Program-made: the position numbers and the translations under genes | Notes under the pieces: generated by a model | The model's input: only the letters and a program-made list of their open reading frames with translations | Database searches by the model: none | What the model was told of the DNA's origin: nothing | NCBI GenBank assembly: GCA_963791045.1 | Contig: CAWBQK010000006.1 | Location: forward strand, 1-64,000 | DNA: 64,000 bases | Reading direction: 5' to 3' | Source of the DNA: Candidatus Latescibacterota bacterium | GTDB taxonomy: Bacteria; Krumholzibacteriota; Krumholzibacteriia; WVZY01 | Shown here: piece by piece, positions 24,790-35,283 of the stretch | Numbering within the stretch: the first letter of the stretch is position 1 | How the letters are laid out: every line of letters starts with the position of its first letter

Positions 24790-25167
24790 TCAGTCCTCAG
24801 GGACCAGGTTGTTTTGATAATCAATATCCTCAATATGCACATTGATTGTTCCGACTTCCATGCCAACCATTTTCGAGATCGCTACCGAGACTTCTTCCTG
24901 GACCTTTTTGCTGGTTTCGCGGATATTGGCTTTATCTGTCAGAACCAGATGTAGATCTGCGTACACAGAGCCATCTTCTTCAATGGTGATTTCAACCCCA
25001 TCGTCACGATTGCGGCTGAATAAGGTATTGACGCTGCTGGGGGTCAGCGCCAAGCGGCTGACTCCTTCCACCTGGAGAGCTGTTAAGCGAATGATTGTTG
25101 ACAGAACACCTGGGGCGATGGTGGTTTTTCCCGGGGGACGTTCAGTTGTTGCCATAATTTCTCCCAA
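24790..25167 (-). CDS. Asp23/Gls24 family protein
   Basis: [15 protein letters not shown]...[14 protein letters not shown]; rpmF-asp23-nusB context. Confidence 0.88.
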   Translation of the reverse strand: MGEIMATTERPPGKTTIAPGVLSTIIRLTALQVEGVSRLALTPSSVNTLFSRNRDDGVEITIEEDGSVYADLHLVLTDKANIRETSKKVQEEVSVAISKMVGMEVGTINVHIEDIDYQNNLVPED

Positions 25168-25280
25168 TGTATAGTTTATCCGCTCACTTGCGGCTTTTTA
25201 TTATAACCTATGCTGATTAAAACACAGACGGCCGTGATAGTCACGGCCCGTCTGATTTTTTGACTGAGAACGTGGATTAT

Positions 25281-25457
25281 TTATTTCGCGATAACTTCAC
25301 GCCCGCGATAATAACCGCAATGGGAGCATACCCGATGGGGCAGGCGTTTTTCGCCGCAGTTGCTGCACTGAACAAACTGTTTCGGTTTTAACGCATCATG
25401 AGCGCGACGGCGGTTCTTGCGTCCCTTGGAAATGCGTTGTTTTGGTAGAGGTGTCAT
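25281..25457 (-). CDS. rpmF: 50S ribosomal protein L32 (absent from the ORF track)
   Basis: Manual translation MTPLPKQRISKGRKNRRRAHDALKPKQFVQCSNCGEKRLPHRVCSHCGYYRGREVIAK*. Confidence 0.96.
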   Translation of the reverse strand: MTPLPKQRISKGRKNRRRAHDALKPKQFVQCSNCGEKRLPHRVCSHCGYYRGREVIAK

Positions 25458-25522
25458 ATCATTAACTCCTGCTTGTTTTCACACGAATAATCGTGATAAT
25501 TACTCTTTTTTACAGCAGGTAG

Positions 25523-25551
25523 ATTATACGGAGTAGGGGGGTTTAAGTCAA
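25523..25551 (-). promoter_or_regulatory. Sigma70 promoter of rpmF
   Basis: TTGACT-17 bp-TATAAT. Confidence 0.8.
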
Positions 25552-25583
25552 GATGATTGCCTGAGGTAAAAAATCACTCTCGA

Positions 25584-27928
25584 TCACTGAGCAGAGAAAT
25601 ATACAGGGTCCAGATGATGAATTTTCCAACCATAATCCCCTAATAGGGGCGTTTCCTGGGAGCAGGAATCTGGCAGGAATCCTGGCGGCGCGCCATATCC
25701 GGCATTGGTGAACATCCACCAGCGCAAGGTTTGTTCTTCCACACCTAGCGGCTGGAGGATGGTATAAGCTGCCCTGCAGAGCAATTCGGCATAGCGGTCT
25801 ATGTCGATGGTTTCGGGATCTGGCTTTTCAGCCAGGTCCCAGGCAAATACACCGGGCTTTCCCCGGGTGTAGAGAAAACGCACCCGCTGGCCGGGAATTA
25901 GATGTTTACCGATTGCTGCCAGCTGAGCAGCCGCCCTGGCAGCCGGGGAGGGCACTTTGTACTCTTCCAGGGGGCGGCTTATTTTCTGGGATATCAGCAG
26001 TTCTTCCAGAGGGATTTTCCGCTGCCGCAGAGCTGATAATCTGGTCTTGGAGCAGGGCATGCACCCGGGGCAGCTGGTCTGCCAAATCCCCGGCATCCGG
26101 GGCATCTGCCAGCAGATCGAGCATTTCTCGCTGGATTTTCTTGATCCATTTTGAGGTGTCGTCACGCCTTAATTCGATTCCCCGCACTTTCCAGGTGCCA
26201 TTTTGGAACAGCCCGAAATAACGATTAGCTACCGGTACCCGGGGGTCCGGCCGCGAGCTCAAAAAAGCGATCCAGCGGTAAATGCCATCCAGGCTGGTTG
26301 GCAGTCCGGTGCGATCCAGGATCTCCTCCAGCAGGGGTTGAAAATCAGCGATCTGCGAGGCGCCTTCCTTCTGGACCCAGAGGCCATCAACATACATATG
26401 CAGAACCCGGAATCCCAGCTCCTCAGCGGCTTCTTTGGCCCGCAGCAGCGCTTCCCGCCCATAGGCTGTAACTGCTTCATGGGCCTCAATGCGTCCGAAG
26501 CGGGCGTTCTTGTATCCCAGGTATCCAAAACAGGTGACCAGCAGCCATTTGTGAGCTGAGGATCGGGCCTGGTAAGGCCGCTAGCGGGTATCCCTGGGAT
26601 CCATGCCGGCCAGGGCCTGTTTGAGCCGGATCCTTTTTTCAAGCAGCGGCTGCAGGGTGTCAGGGACCAGTCCGCGCTGGTCCTGGTCAATGGTCAGCTC
26701 CAGTTCAGGCACAAAAGTGCTGTTTTGGCTCCTTTTTCCGACAGTTTCCGGGGAAATGTTAAAGTGCTCCATGATGCTGGGATACATGGAAATGAAGTCG
26801 ATTTCCGCCACATTGGCATGCAGACCCGATGGTTGGCTGGTAAACCAAGCCACCCCGGTCAGCCTGGAGCAGATTGTAGGCTGATTTGGACCACTCTACC
26901 TGCTGTTTATGCCAGGGCACCAACACACCCTGGCGCAGGGCGGTCAAGATCTGCATGGAGGAAATGCCGGTTCCGGGGGAAACCCGGGCAGCCGTTTGGA
27001 TGCGCAAACTGGTGACCCGGGCCATTTCAAAAACGCCTTCCAGCCCGTAATCGTGATACATGACTGTGTTCTCTGTGGAAATGTGAATGCGCCCAAATAA
27101 ACGGGCCTGGGGCCCGCGGTAGATCACTCCGCCATAGGAATGGTAAAAACGTTCTTCCCGCCGCTCAACCTCGCGGTCGTCTTCCCGGTTCAAGGGAAGG
27201 GAGATATGGTGTTTTTCCATCAGCTGATGGAGTTTGTCAATCAGCCAGTTATCTCCCCAGACTGTCAGCAGCAGATCAGGATCATAGCGGCGGAGCAGGG
27301 CCTGCAGCTTAACCAGCAGGCCCCGTTCTTCCTGGAAGGAAAAGTTGTAGTGCTTTCCCTTTAGATGGACTTTCAGGCTGGTTGGTTCCCTGTGATCCGG
27401 ATTTGAATCAGGGACCAGGGCCATTACCAGCAGGGGTACCGTGGGGACTATCGATCTCCCAGGGGGAATCCAGGGTTTCCAGGGTTTGGATCTCACCTTC
27501 CTCGGTGGCCAGCACCCGGCAGCGCGCCAGAGGGAAAACCCCGGTTTGGGCTGCGTAGCGCAGATCAACCGAGATATCCGCATTATAATAGATCAAACCG
27601 GGAAAGCTTTTTTTCAGATTGGCTAAAAAGCCTTTCCTGGGCCAGTGGGGTCTCGGTCAAGATTTTCAGTACGGGGAGGGGTTGTTCCACAAAGAGATCC
27701 TGCTTCTCGGCGCGTGAAAGCTGCAGCGGCAGCGGCAGCGACTTCAGATGGCGCCACAGAGACCGCAGTTCGGCGCTGGGGCCGTGAACGTAGAAGGAGG
27801 TTGGGAAAGGCTGGTGCAGCCGATGACGCCTGGATTCCATCTTCGTCCAAAAACCAGAGGATCACACCCTGAACCGGATCTGGATAGATATCCAGCAGCC
27901 AGCCGTAGAGCTCATTGCTGGAGGGCAT
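25584..27928 (-). CDS. Family B DNA polymerase, PolB2/Dpo2-like (several frameshifts and one in-frame TAG)
   Basis: N-terminal GWLLDIYP...VILW, motif A EIDFISMYPSIM..NISPET, motif B KWLLVTCFGYLGYKNARFG, motif C HMYVDGLW, KVRGIELRRDD, D.DRYAELL. Confidence 0.9.
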
Positions 27929-28178
27929 GACGGAGTTCTGCAACTTCTTGCCTTAACCGGACGACTTCTTTATGTTCTTCCAGCAGCATGGACAGCAGAA
28001 AGGTTTCAAAGGGCAGCGCATGGGAGGCATAGGAGGCAGCGCAGAGATGTTTTTGGGCGGAGGCAAATAGATCATCCAGTACTTGCTGGTCGCTGCTGCG
28101 CAGGGCCCGGCGAAAGCGGGCAAAAGCGGCCCGTTCTTTCAAGAAGGTTTGGGTGATTGAGGTTACGGTTCGTCCCAT
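27912..28178 (-). CDS. Small helical PolB2-associated protein (arCOG07300-like)
   Basis: MGRTVTSIT...FRRALRSSDQ..LDDLF...PFETFLLSMLLEEHK; overlaps the polymerase start. Family assignment is from recall. Confidence 0.75.
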   Translation of the reverse strand: MGRTVTSITQTFLKERAAFARFRRALRSSDQQVLDDLFASAQKHLCAASYASHALPFETFLLSMLLEEHKEVVRLRQEVAELRHALQQ

Positions 28179-28189
28179 GAGATTTCCTT

Positions 28190-28714
28190 TTAGAGCAGTG
28201 TGAGTTGAGTGGCAGGATGATGGGGTTCAAAAACCCAGACCCGATCCGCGGCTTCCCGGATCCGGACCAGAAAAGGCTCTTCGTCGAGCTGGGGATGAAG
28301 CACGACCAGCACCGGGGTGTGGCGGGCGTTCTTTACTCAAGAATGGAGGCAGATATCCAGCAGGCGGAGGCGCTCGGGCAGGGAAGCATTTTCGTCCTGG
28401 AAGGTGGCCAGCAGGTTCAGCACCAGGGTGGGAATGCCTCTGCGGGGCGGTTCTTCCAACAGGGTGGTCATCTGATAACAGGTGAAGGCCCGCGCGACCT
28501 GGATCCGCTCCAGGGCGGTGTAGAGGAGCAGCTCCCGGCGCCGGAGCTCCCGGTTGAGGCTCAAGACGTCAAAACGATTGCCCCCATCCAGCACACGGAC
28601 CGGACCGGTTTGGGCCAGCTCGGCAATGAACTGCAGGGAAGCCTTCCGCTGAAAGGCGGAAGGGGCAATCAGCAGCTGCAGGGAAGGGGTATGAGGCAGG
28701 GTGATCAGATCCAT
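28190..28714 (-). CDS. Inactive RecA/RadA-fold protein (iRadA/ImuA-like), frameshift near 28337
   Basis: VRVLDGGNRFD, LERIQVARAFTCYQM, no Walker A; continues in another frame to ...AADRVWVFEPHHPATQLTLL*. Confidence 0.78.
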
Positions 28715-28807
28715 AAGCCAACCTTATCAGGTTGGCTGATGGATGACTATCGCCGTTTGGCTGAAATTAGGGATGAAAAAAGGGCTACCCCAAAGGGGGA
28801 AGGACGA

Positions 28808-29218
28808 TCAGGCGGTCCACCGAGAAAAATCCCAGTCGGAAAGGATCTTGCGGAGCTCCAATTTGCTGCGCAGGCCAAATTTGCGTTTGGCGTTGCGCAG
28901 ATGGGTTTTCACGGTGGCCGGGGAAATGATCAGCTGGTCAGCGATTTCTTTGTTGGTGTAGCTCAAGCAGGCCAGGGCGGTGATCTCTTTTTCTCGGGGA
29001 GTGAGAGACTGCCAGGTTTTCAGGTTCCTGGTGGCTTCCTGGCGGTGCTGCAGGGCAAAAATCAGCATCCTTTGCCCCACTTCGTTTAGGGGCTGTTTCT
29101 CTTCCTCGGCCAGACGGGAAAGAGCCAGGCTGAGAGGCTGATCCAATTTGACAAATTGGGCCGGCTGAAACAGGTACTTGAGAGAGTCCAAAACACGGGT
29201 TGGAAACATATTTGCCAA
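28808..29218 (-). CDS. LuxR-type HTH regulator without a receiver domain
   Basis: SLTPREKEI...YTNKEIADQLIISPATVKTHLRNAKRKFG. Confidence 0.9.
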   Translation of the reverse strand: MANMFPTRVLDSLKYLFQPAQFVKLDQPLSLALSRLAEEEKQPLNEVGQRMLIFALQHRQEATRNLKTWQSLTPREKEITALACLSYTNKEIADQLIISPATVKTHLRNAKRKFGLRSKLELRKILSDWDFSRWTA

Positions 29219-29227
29219 GTATTGGTT

Positions 29228-29243
29228 TAGAACATTTGTTCTA
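29228..29243. promoter_or_regulatory. LexA (SOS) box
   Basis: TAGAAC-ATTT-GTTCTA matches GAAC-N4-GTTC and sits 1 nt downstream of a -10 hexamer. Confidence 0.85.
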
Positions 29244-29244
29244 C

Positions 29245-29273
29245 ATTATACACAAAGAGAGTCTGGTTGGCAA
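29245..29273 (-). promoter_or_regulatory. Sigma70 promoter of the LuxR-iRadA-PolB2 cassette
   Basis: TTGCCA-17 bp-TATAAT. Confidence 0.85.
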
Positions 29274-29341
29274 GAGGGTTTTGGTAGGGGATGGCGGAGG
29301 GAGACTGGGGGATTTGGGGAAGAGCATATGTGTAACACGAA

Positions 29342-29458
29342 AACCAGCTCTTTGAGCGGACACCGAAGCAGTTCCGGTGGTAGTCGAAAAGGCTTATTCT
29401 GATGCTTCATTTCGACTGCGTTTGCTTTGCGGGCTGCACTCCGCTCAATGATTTGGTT
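29342..29458. repeat. REP/MITE-like nested inverted repeat
   Basis: TTGAGCGGA/TCCGCTCAA and GTAGTCGAAA/TTTCGACTGC arms, closed by AACCA/TGGTT. Confidence 0.6.
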
Positions 29459-29487
29459 AGCTGATTTCTATTGCTATGGATTCAATA

Positions 29488-32010
29488 TCAGTAGCGATTC
29501 TGCCTGACGCTGGATGTGATCGTTATCCCAGAGCATGGGGTGGTAGTAGATATTGCGCCATAGATCTGCCATATCGATGTAGTGAGGGTGGTAGGCATGG
29601 CCGGATTGGCCGGTTGTATGAATACTGAGTGAGTTGATAAATTATTAAGGTTGACGATCATCCGCATGGATGGCAGCCAATCGACCACGTACGGATTGTC
29701 AGGGTCCCAGCCAGTAGCATTGACGATTTCGTTGCCGCCAGCGGTTGGAAAGGGTCCGCGATTAAAAAATTATTGACAAATGGGAAACTGCTCATGACCT
29801 GATTTTGGAAAGTGATAGTATGAAGTTCTCCCCATTGCCAGGCGGTGGGATCCTTCCCAATCCTTTTTAAGTTCACGGTAGGATTCTTCAAAAGTCAAGT
29901 TGAATATATCATCCATGATTTCCCTTTCTGGTGTTGAAGAATCATTCCACCAGGGATTCTCAGGTTGAGTGACAAGCTGGCGAATGATTTCTTTGCTGGT
30001 TGAACCAACTCCGACATTGAAATCATCAGGCAGATTGTCCTGTAAGGTGTTGTCTATCAGGTTCTGCCAAAAAGTCATGAAAAGGGCTGCAGGTGCTGAA
30101 TCCAGATCTGCCTGAAAATCCCAGCCTACTGAGGATATCCTGGGCAGCTGTCAGATCCGGGTCTGAAAAATCAAGTTTCATTATCTCTGGGACAAGCACA
30201 GGAGCCATCTGGTCATAATTATCCCCTTGCATGGCTTTAATCATTGCGATGCCAATCGGTTTGGGAGCTTCGTCCAGCATGTTGACAATCCGCTGAGCTC
30301 GGAAGCCGCGGTTCCATTCTTCTGTGATCAGGTAAGGATAATCTGGACCCACTACTGCATTATTGGCGGTAACAATATATCCTGAGGGGGGGTTAAAGAA
30401 TAGGGCAGTTCTTCAAAGGGGATATAGCCCTGCCAATCATAATCCCCATTCCATCCTGGTACAGGGAGCATGCCGTCATGGCCTTCCACGCGGATAGGGA
30501 TATTCCCGGGCATCTGGTAGCCAATATTTCCTTCCATATCTGCATAGATCAATTCTGGGGGACAGCGAAATGGGATGCTGCTTGCCGGAATTCTTCCCAG
30601 TTCTCGGCCAGATTGATCTCCCACATGGCGCAGAAGACACAGCTGGGCTCCAGGGCGGTCCACCTTAAGGCCAGAGCGTAGTTTTCAGGGATTGCCAGTC
30701 CGGTTGCTTGGTCAAAATCATCCAGACCATAAACAGCATCCGATGACCGGTCCATGGCTGGTCAGGTAGACCTGGTGTTCGATAGGATCATCCACCGGCG
30801 ATCTGGATCACTTCTACGATCGATTCCATTTCTACCCAGCCATCAGGTGTCAGGTACTGAGTGGGATGGTCAGGATTGATCTTTTCGATATAGAGATCCA
30901 TCACATCTGGACCCACATTGGTTAAACCCCAGGCAATACGATCATTATGCCCGATCACAACACCAGGAACACCGGCAAAAGAGAACCCAGTCACATCCAT
31001 CTGACAGTCCTCGGTTTTTTCCAGGCAGTGCAGGCCAACCTCATACCAGATAGACGGCATCTGGGATCCAAGGTGGGGATCATTCACCAGATAGGGTTTT
31101 CCGGTATCGGTCAGGTCTCCGCTGATGGCCCAGCTATTTGAACCAATCCCTTCCTGACCTCCCCCGGTGATCTGGTCCAGATCTGCTCCGAGGCTTTGAA
31201 TGGATTCCATTGATTTGATAACTTCCAACCAGATGGATTCGGATAGATATAAAGGGGTGAGATCTGGGTGATCATATCCTTGATCTTCAGAATCATCTTC
31301 GATTGAAGGTCCGGGTACGATATAGGGATGATCTTCTGGGTATGGTGGATAGATGAACTCTATCTGATTGCTAGGTAGGGTCTTCAGCAATTTGGCCCGA
31401 TCGATCTCTGAATCCAGATTGGCGCGTAGATCCCAGGCCATCGCTTTTCCCCAGGTCAGGCTATTTATAGGTGTCCATGGGGAGCTTCATAATCCGGATT
31501 TATTACACCCAGAAAGAGATATTCCAGACTCAAATTTGATCCTTCTCTTTCCGAGATATAGCATTAACTCCTGCTGAATATGCATCCAGAACAGCCAGCT
31601 CAGTCAGGACCTAGTAGATCCAGTTCCTGTCGGGCAACTCTTTCCCATCCCAGGGTTCTAAGAAATTTATCTGTTTCCAGCATGGGTTTCCCAACTAGTT
31701 CGGCCAGCCTGCCTGCTCCCATATGGCGCCAAAAATCCATCTGCCAGAACCGGTCCTGGGCATGGACATATCCCTGGCCGAAAAACAGGTCATGGTGAGT
31801 GGTCGCATAGATCTGGGGAATTCCATAGCCATCCCGGTAAATCCTGACCTAGCTGTCCAGGCCATTGATCTGGATCTCTCCGTCAACTACGGGAAAGGAT
31901 TTCAATGCGGTTCTACGGATAAGAGGAGGGGCGATGAGGGCAGTGATCGCTCCCAGGAACACTAAAATAATGACTATGCCAACTAGGACCTTCCCGATCT
32001 TTTTAGCCAT
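29488..32010 (-). CDS. Penicillin acylase family (Ntn hydrolase), heavily frameshifted
   Basis: N-terminal TM, GSNSWAISG autocleavage site, NDPHL...PSIWYE, GHNDRIAWGLTN, WQWGELH. Confidence 0.9.
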
Positions 32011-32040
32011 CGGGACCCTCCTCCTGACATTAAATAGGAA

Positions 32041-33203
32041 TCACAATAAAGGGCTTATCATTTCTTGGTTATTATCTATAAATAACACCAGTTTGACTGA
32101 ATCAGTTATGGTTTTTACTCTCCCAGAGTCATTCTCAAATAAGCTCTCAATAAAAGGATCCAGTTCTCCATCCAGAACAGCTTCAGTATTACCCATTTCA
32201 AAATCTGTGCGGTGATCTTTGACCATATGATACGGATGCAGTACATAGGAACGGATTTGACTGCCCCATTCTGCTTTCTGGTATTCCCCCCGCAGCTCTT
32301 CGATTTTTCCTTTTCTTTCTTGCTGTTTCAACGCCAGCAGCCGGCCTTTAAGCACTTTCAGGGCCATTTCTCGATTCTGAGTTTGAGAGCGTTCATTTTG
32401 ACAGCTGGCAACAATTCCGGTAGGGATATGGGTGATACGGACCGCGGTATCATTTTTTTGTACACTCTGGCCGCCTGCACCTCCGGATCGGAAAGTGTCG
32501 ATCCTCAGGTCATTGGGATTGATATCGATATCATTATCATCATCAACCTGAGGGAGGATTTCTACCAATACGAATGAAGTGTGCCTTCGGTTTGATGAAT
32601 CAAAAGGAGAGATCCGCACCAGACGGTGGACACCTTTTTCTGATCGCAGATAACCGTAGGCATAGAGCCCGTTGATCGAGATAGTTGTGCTTTTTATTCC
32701 GGCTTCTTCGCCCGGTGTAAGATCCAAGGTTTCTGCTTTAAAACCTCTTTTTTCTGCCCATCGGAGGTACATACGCTGAACCATTTCTGCCCAATCCTGG
32801 GCGTCATTCCCCCCTGCACCAGCATGGATGGCGAGCAGGGCATCTCCCCGATCGTATTCTCCTGATAGCATGGCATCAAATTCTCTTTTTTCGATTTCTT
32901 CCTGAAGGGCAAGGACTTCCTTCTGAAGGTCATCTTCTAGGCTTTCATCAGCCATTGCTGCTAATTCCATAGCATCATCAAGGCGCTCTTCAAGGGTTAC
33001 CCAGCCTTGCTAATTCATCCTCCAGGTTTGCCAGGGTTTTCATGATCTTCTTGGCTCGATTCTGGTTATCCCATAAATCTGTTGCCTGGGATTCCTTTCT
33101 CAATTTTTCAATCAGAGTTTGTTTTCCGGCTACGTCAAAGACGCTCCAGTAAATTCTGGATCTTCTTCTGACTTTCTACAAGGATGCTGGTTAATGATTC
33201 CAT
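32041..33203 (-). CDS. prfB: Peptide chain release factor 2 with programmed +1 frameshift
   Basis: ISPF and GGQ motifs, WGSQIRSYVLHPY; first exon MESLTSILVESQKKIQNLLERL* ends in CTT-TGA-C at 33140..33134. Confidence 0.96.
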
Positions 33204-33251
33204 AGATATTCTCCGTTTTCTGATCCCTGAATTGGGATGCTTCTTAAGTTT

Positions 33252-33978
33252 TTATGGGTTATTTTTCACCCAGAATTGATAAAGTGCTATCCCAACTGAT
33301 TGGGCCAGATTCAATGAATCCACGACATCTGCCTGGGGGATCCTGAGACTGGTTCCAAACTGATGATATTCATTCCCAAGCCAGCTGCTTCGCCACCAAA
33401 TACCAGAGCTCAGGCGTGTTGAGATTCACATCCGGAGGGCTATTTTACCATCGGTCATCAATGGATAGATCGTATGTTTTTTGGGAGCCCCAGTAATCTG
33501 TGAAGGATCGAAACCTCTGAAATTGTAAGTGGAAAATTGCTCCCATCGAGGCCCGGATCACTTTTGGATCAAAGGGGTCTGAGGTGGGTTCGATCATGGC
33601 CAGATCTTTGAAATCAAAACCCAACATTGTGCGCATGATTGTTCCAAGGTTTCCCATGCTGGATGGGTTAACCAGAACCAGATGATTAAGTGTGGGGTCC
33701 AACTCTGAATAGAATTTCTTAAAGACCCCGATTGCATAGGTATTTCCTCGTACGGCCAGTTTTTCAACAAGCCGATCATTTTCTATGATCTCGATTTGCA
33801 TATTCCCCGCCAGCAGGCGGATCTTCTCTATCCCCTCATTAAAGGAACCTTTGGAATGCAGCAGGACTGCCTGCACAGAATCCGGCCGAATATTGATCAA
33901 CTCCAGGGTCGGGTAGACACCCAGGCAATATGATATTTCAAAATCTTTTTGATACCTTTTTAATTTTTGTTGCATCAT
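33252..33978 (-). CDS. TrmH/SpoU family RNA methyltransferase, frameshifted
   Basis: GNLGTIMRT, KVIRASMGA, and downstream DSLNLAQSVGIALY. Confidence 0.88.
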
Positions 33979-33996
33979 ATCCTCATTCCTGGTGAA

Positions 33997-34902
33997 TTAA
34001 ACTGTTACAAATGATTCGGGATCAAACGGAACCAGGTCATCCGAGCTTTCACCCAGTCCTGCAAATAGTATCGGTAAGCCCAGTTTGTCCTGGATTGCAA
34101 ATGCCATTCCACCTTTTGCTGATGAATCCAATTTGGCTAGAACAATACCATCAAGGGGTATTGCTTGATTGAAAGATTCTGCCTGATGTATAGCATTTTG
34201 ACCGGTTGTTGCATCCACGACCAGCCAGCAGTGATGTGGGGCACAGGGAAAGGCCTTACCAGCGACACGATGAACCTTTTTAAGCTCTTCCATAAGGTTG
34301 TAGCGGGTATGTAGTCGGCCGGCGGTATCGATAATACCAGGTCCTTATTCCTGGATATAGCGGATTGAATCCCATCATAAACGACTGCGCCTGGGTCCCC
34401 ATTTTGCTGGCCTGCAGTGACAGGTATATTCAATCGTTCGCCCCAGATCTGCAGCTGCTCCACTGCTGCAGCCCGGTACGTATCAGCGGCGATGAATTGG
34501 ATATTGAATCCTTGATCCTGATAGAATTTTCCTAATTTTGCAATAGTGGTTGTTTTTCCTGATCCATTCACTCCCGCGATCAGGATCACTTGAGGTTTTT
34601 CCTTTATTATGTTTTCTGGAGGAGTGGTCAACCGGGAAGTCAATTCGTCAATTATCAAACTGCTAAGTTCCTCAGAATGGATGATTCCGATTTTTTCAGT
34701 GCGGGATTTTAGCTGATCAATGATCTCCAGGCTGGTTTGTGCTCCGAGATCCGATTGAATGGAGAGGATCTTCCAGCTTCTCCCAGGTATCGTTATCGAT
34801 CTCACTGGCACCAAAAAAAGTAGCGATTTTTCCAAAGGCCGATTTTCGTGTTTTGGATAGACCGTTTTGCCATTTCTCAAGGTTCTTTTCCATCGAGAGC
34901 AT
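33997..34902 (-). CDS. ftsY: SRP receptor FtsY, frameshifted
   Basis: GVNGSGKTTTIAKL, DTYRAAAVEQL, DATTGQNA, KLDSSAKGG. Confidence 0.95.
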
Positions 34903-35032
34903 TATAACACGGGGGTACTTTCCTGATTGTGGCTAATCACTTCAATGAGAGGGGCTGCTTACGGTATAATTTCACCAAATATGATATTCAAATTTCATGG
35001 AAAACGGATAATTCTGAAATGAGTAAAGGCAA

Positions 35033-35283
35033 ATGATATCTGTTAGGATGTTCTTCTTTTCCACCATTCGGGCTCGGGTCGGCAAAAAAGAGCTGGAGCT
35101 AAGCCTACCGGATGGCTCATCCGTTAGTGATCTGAAAAAAGTAAATTGATCGATTTGTACCCTGCCGCAGCACCCACAGTGAGAAATATGCTTGGTTCGG
35201 TTAATCAGGTTTTCACGGGGGAAGAGGCGATCATCCCCGATCAGGCAGAGATAGCATTTTTTCCTCATGTTAGCGGCGGTTAA
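35033..35283 (+). CDS. MoaD/ThiS ubiquitin-like sulfur carrier, frameshifted (absent from the ORF track)
   Basis: MISVRMFFFSTIRARVGKKEL...PDQAEIAFFPHVSGG*, with a C-terminal GG. Confidence 0.85.

Noticed and set aside
26581-26583. In-frame TAG in the polymerase as pyrrolysine or programmed readthrough
   Set aside because: It lies in an error-rich region at a non-catalytic position, and there are no pyl genes in the window.
28205-29089. 294-aa plus-strand ORF
   Set aside because: Antisense shadow of the iRadA and LuxR genes with no recognisable motifs.
29321-29334. Second LexA box (GAGC-ATAT-GTGT)
   Set aside because: Three mismatches to GAAC-N4-GTTC, too degenerate to call.
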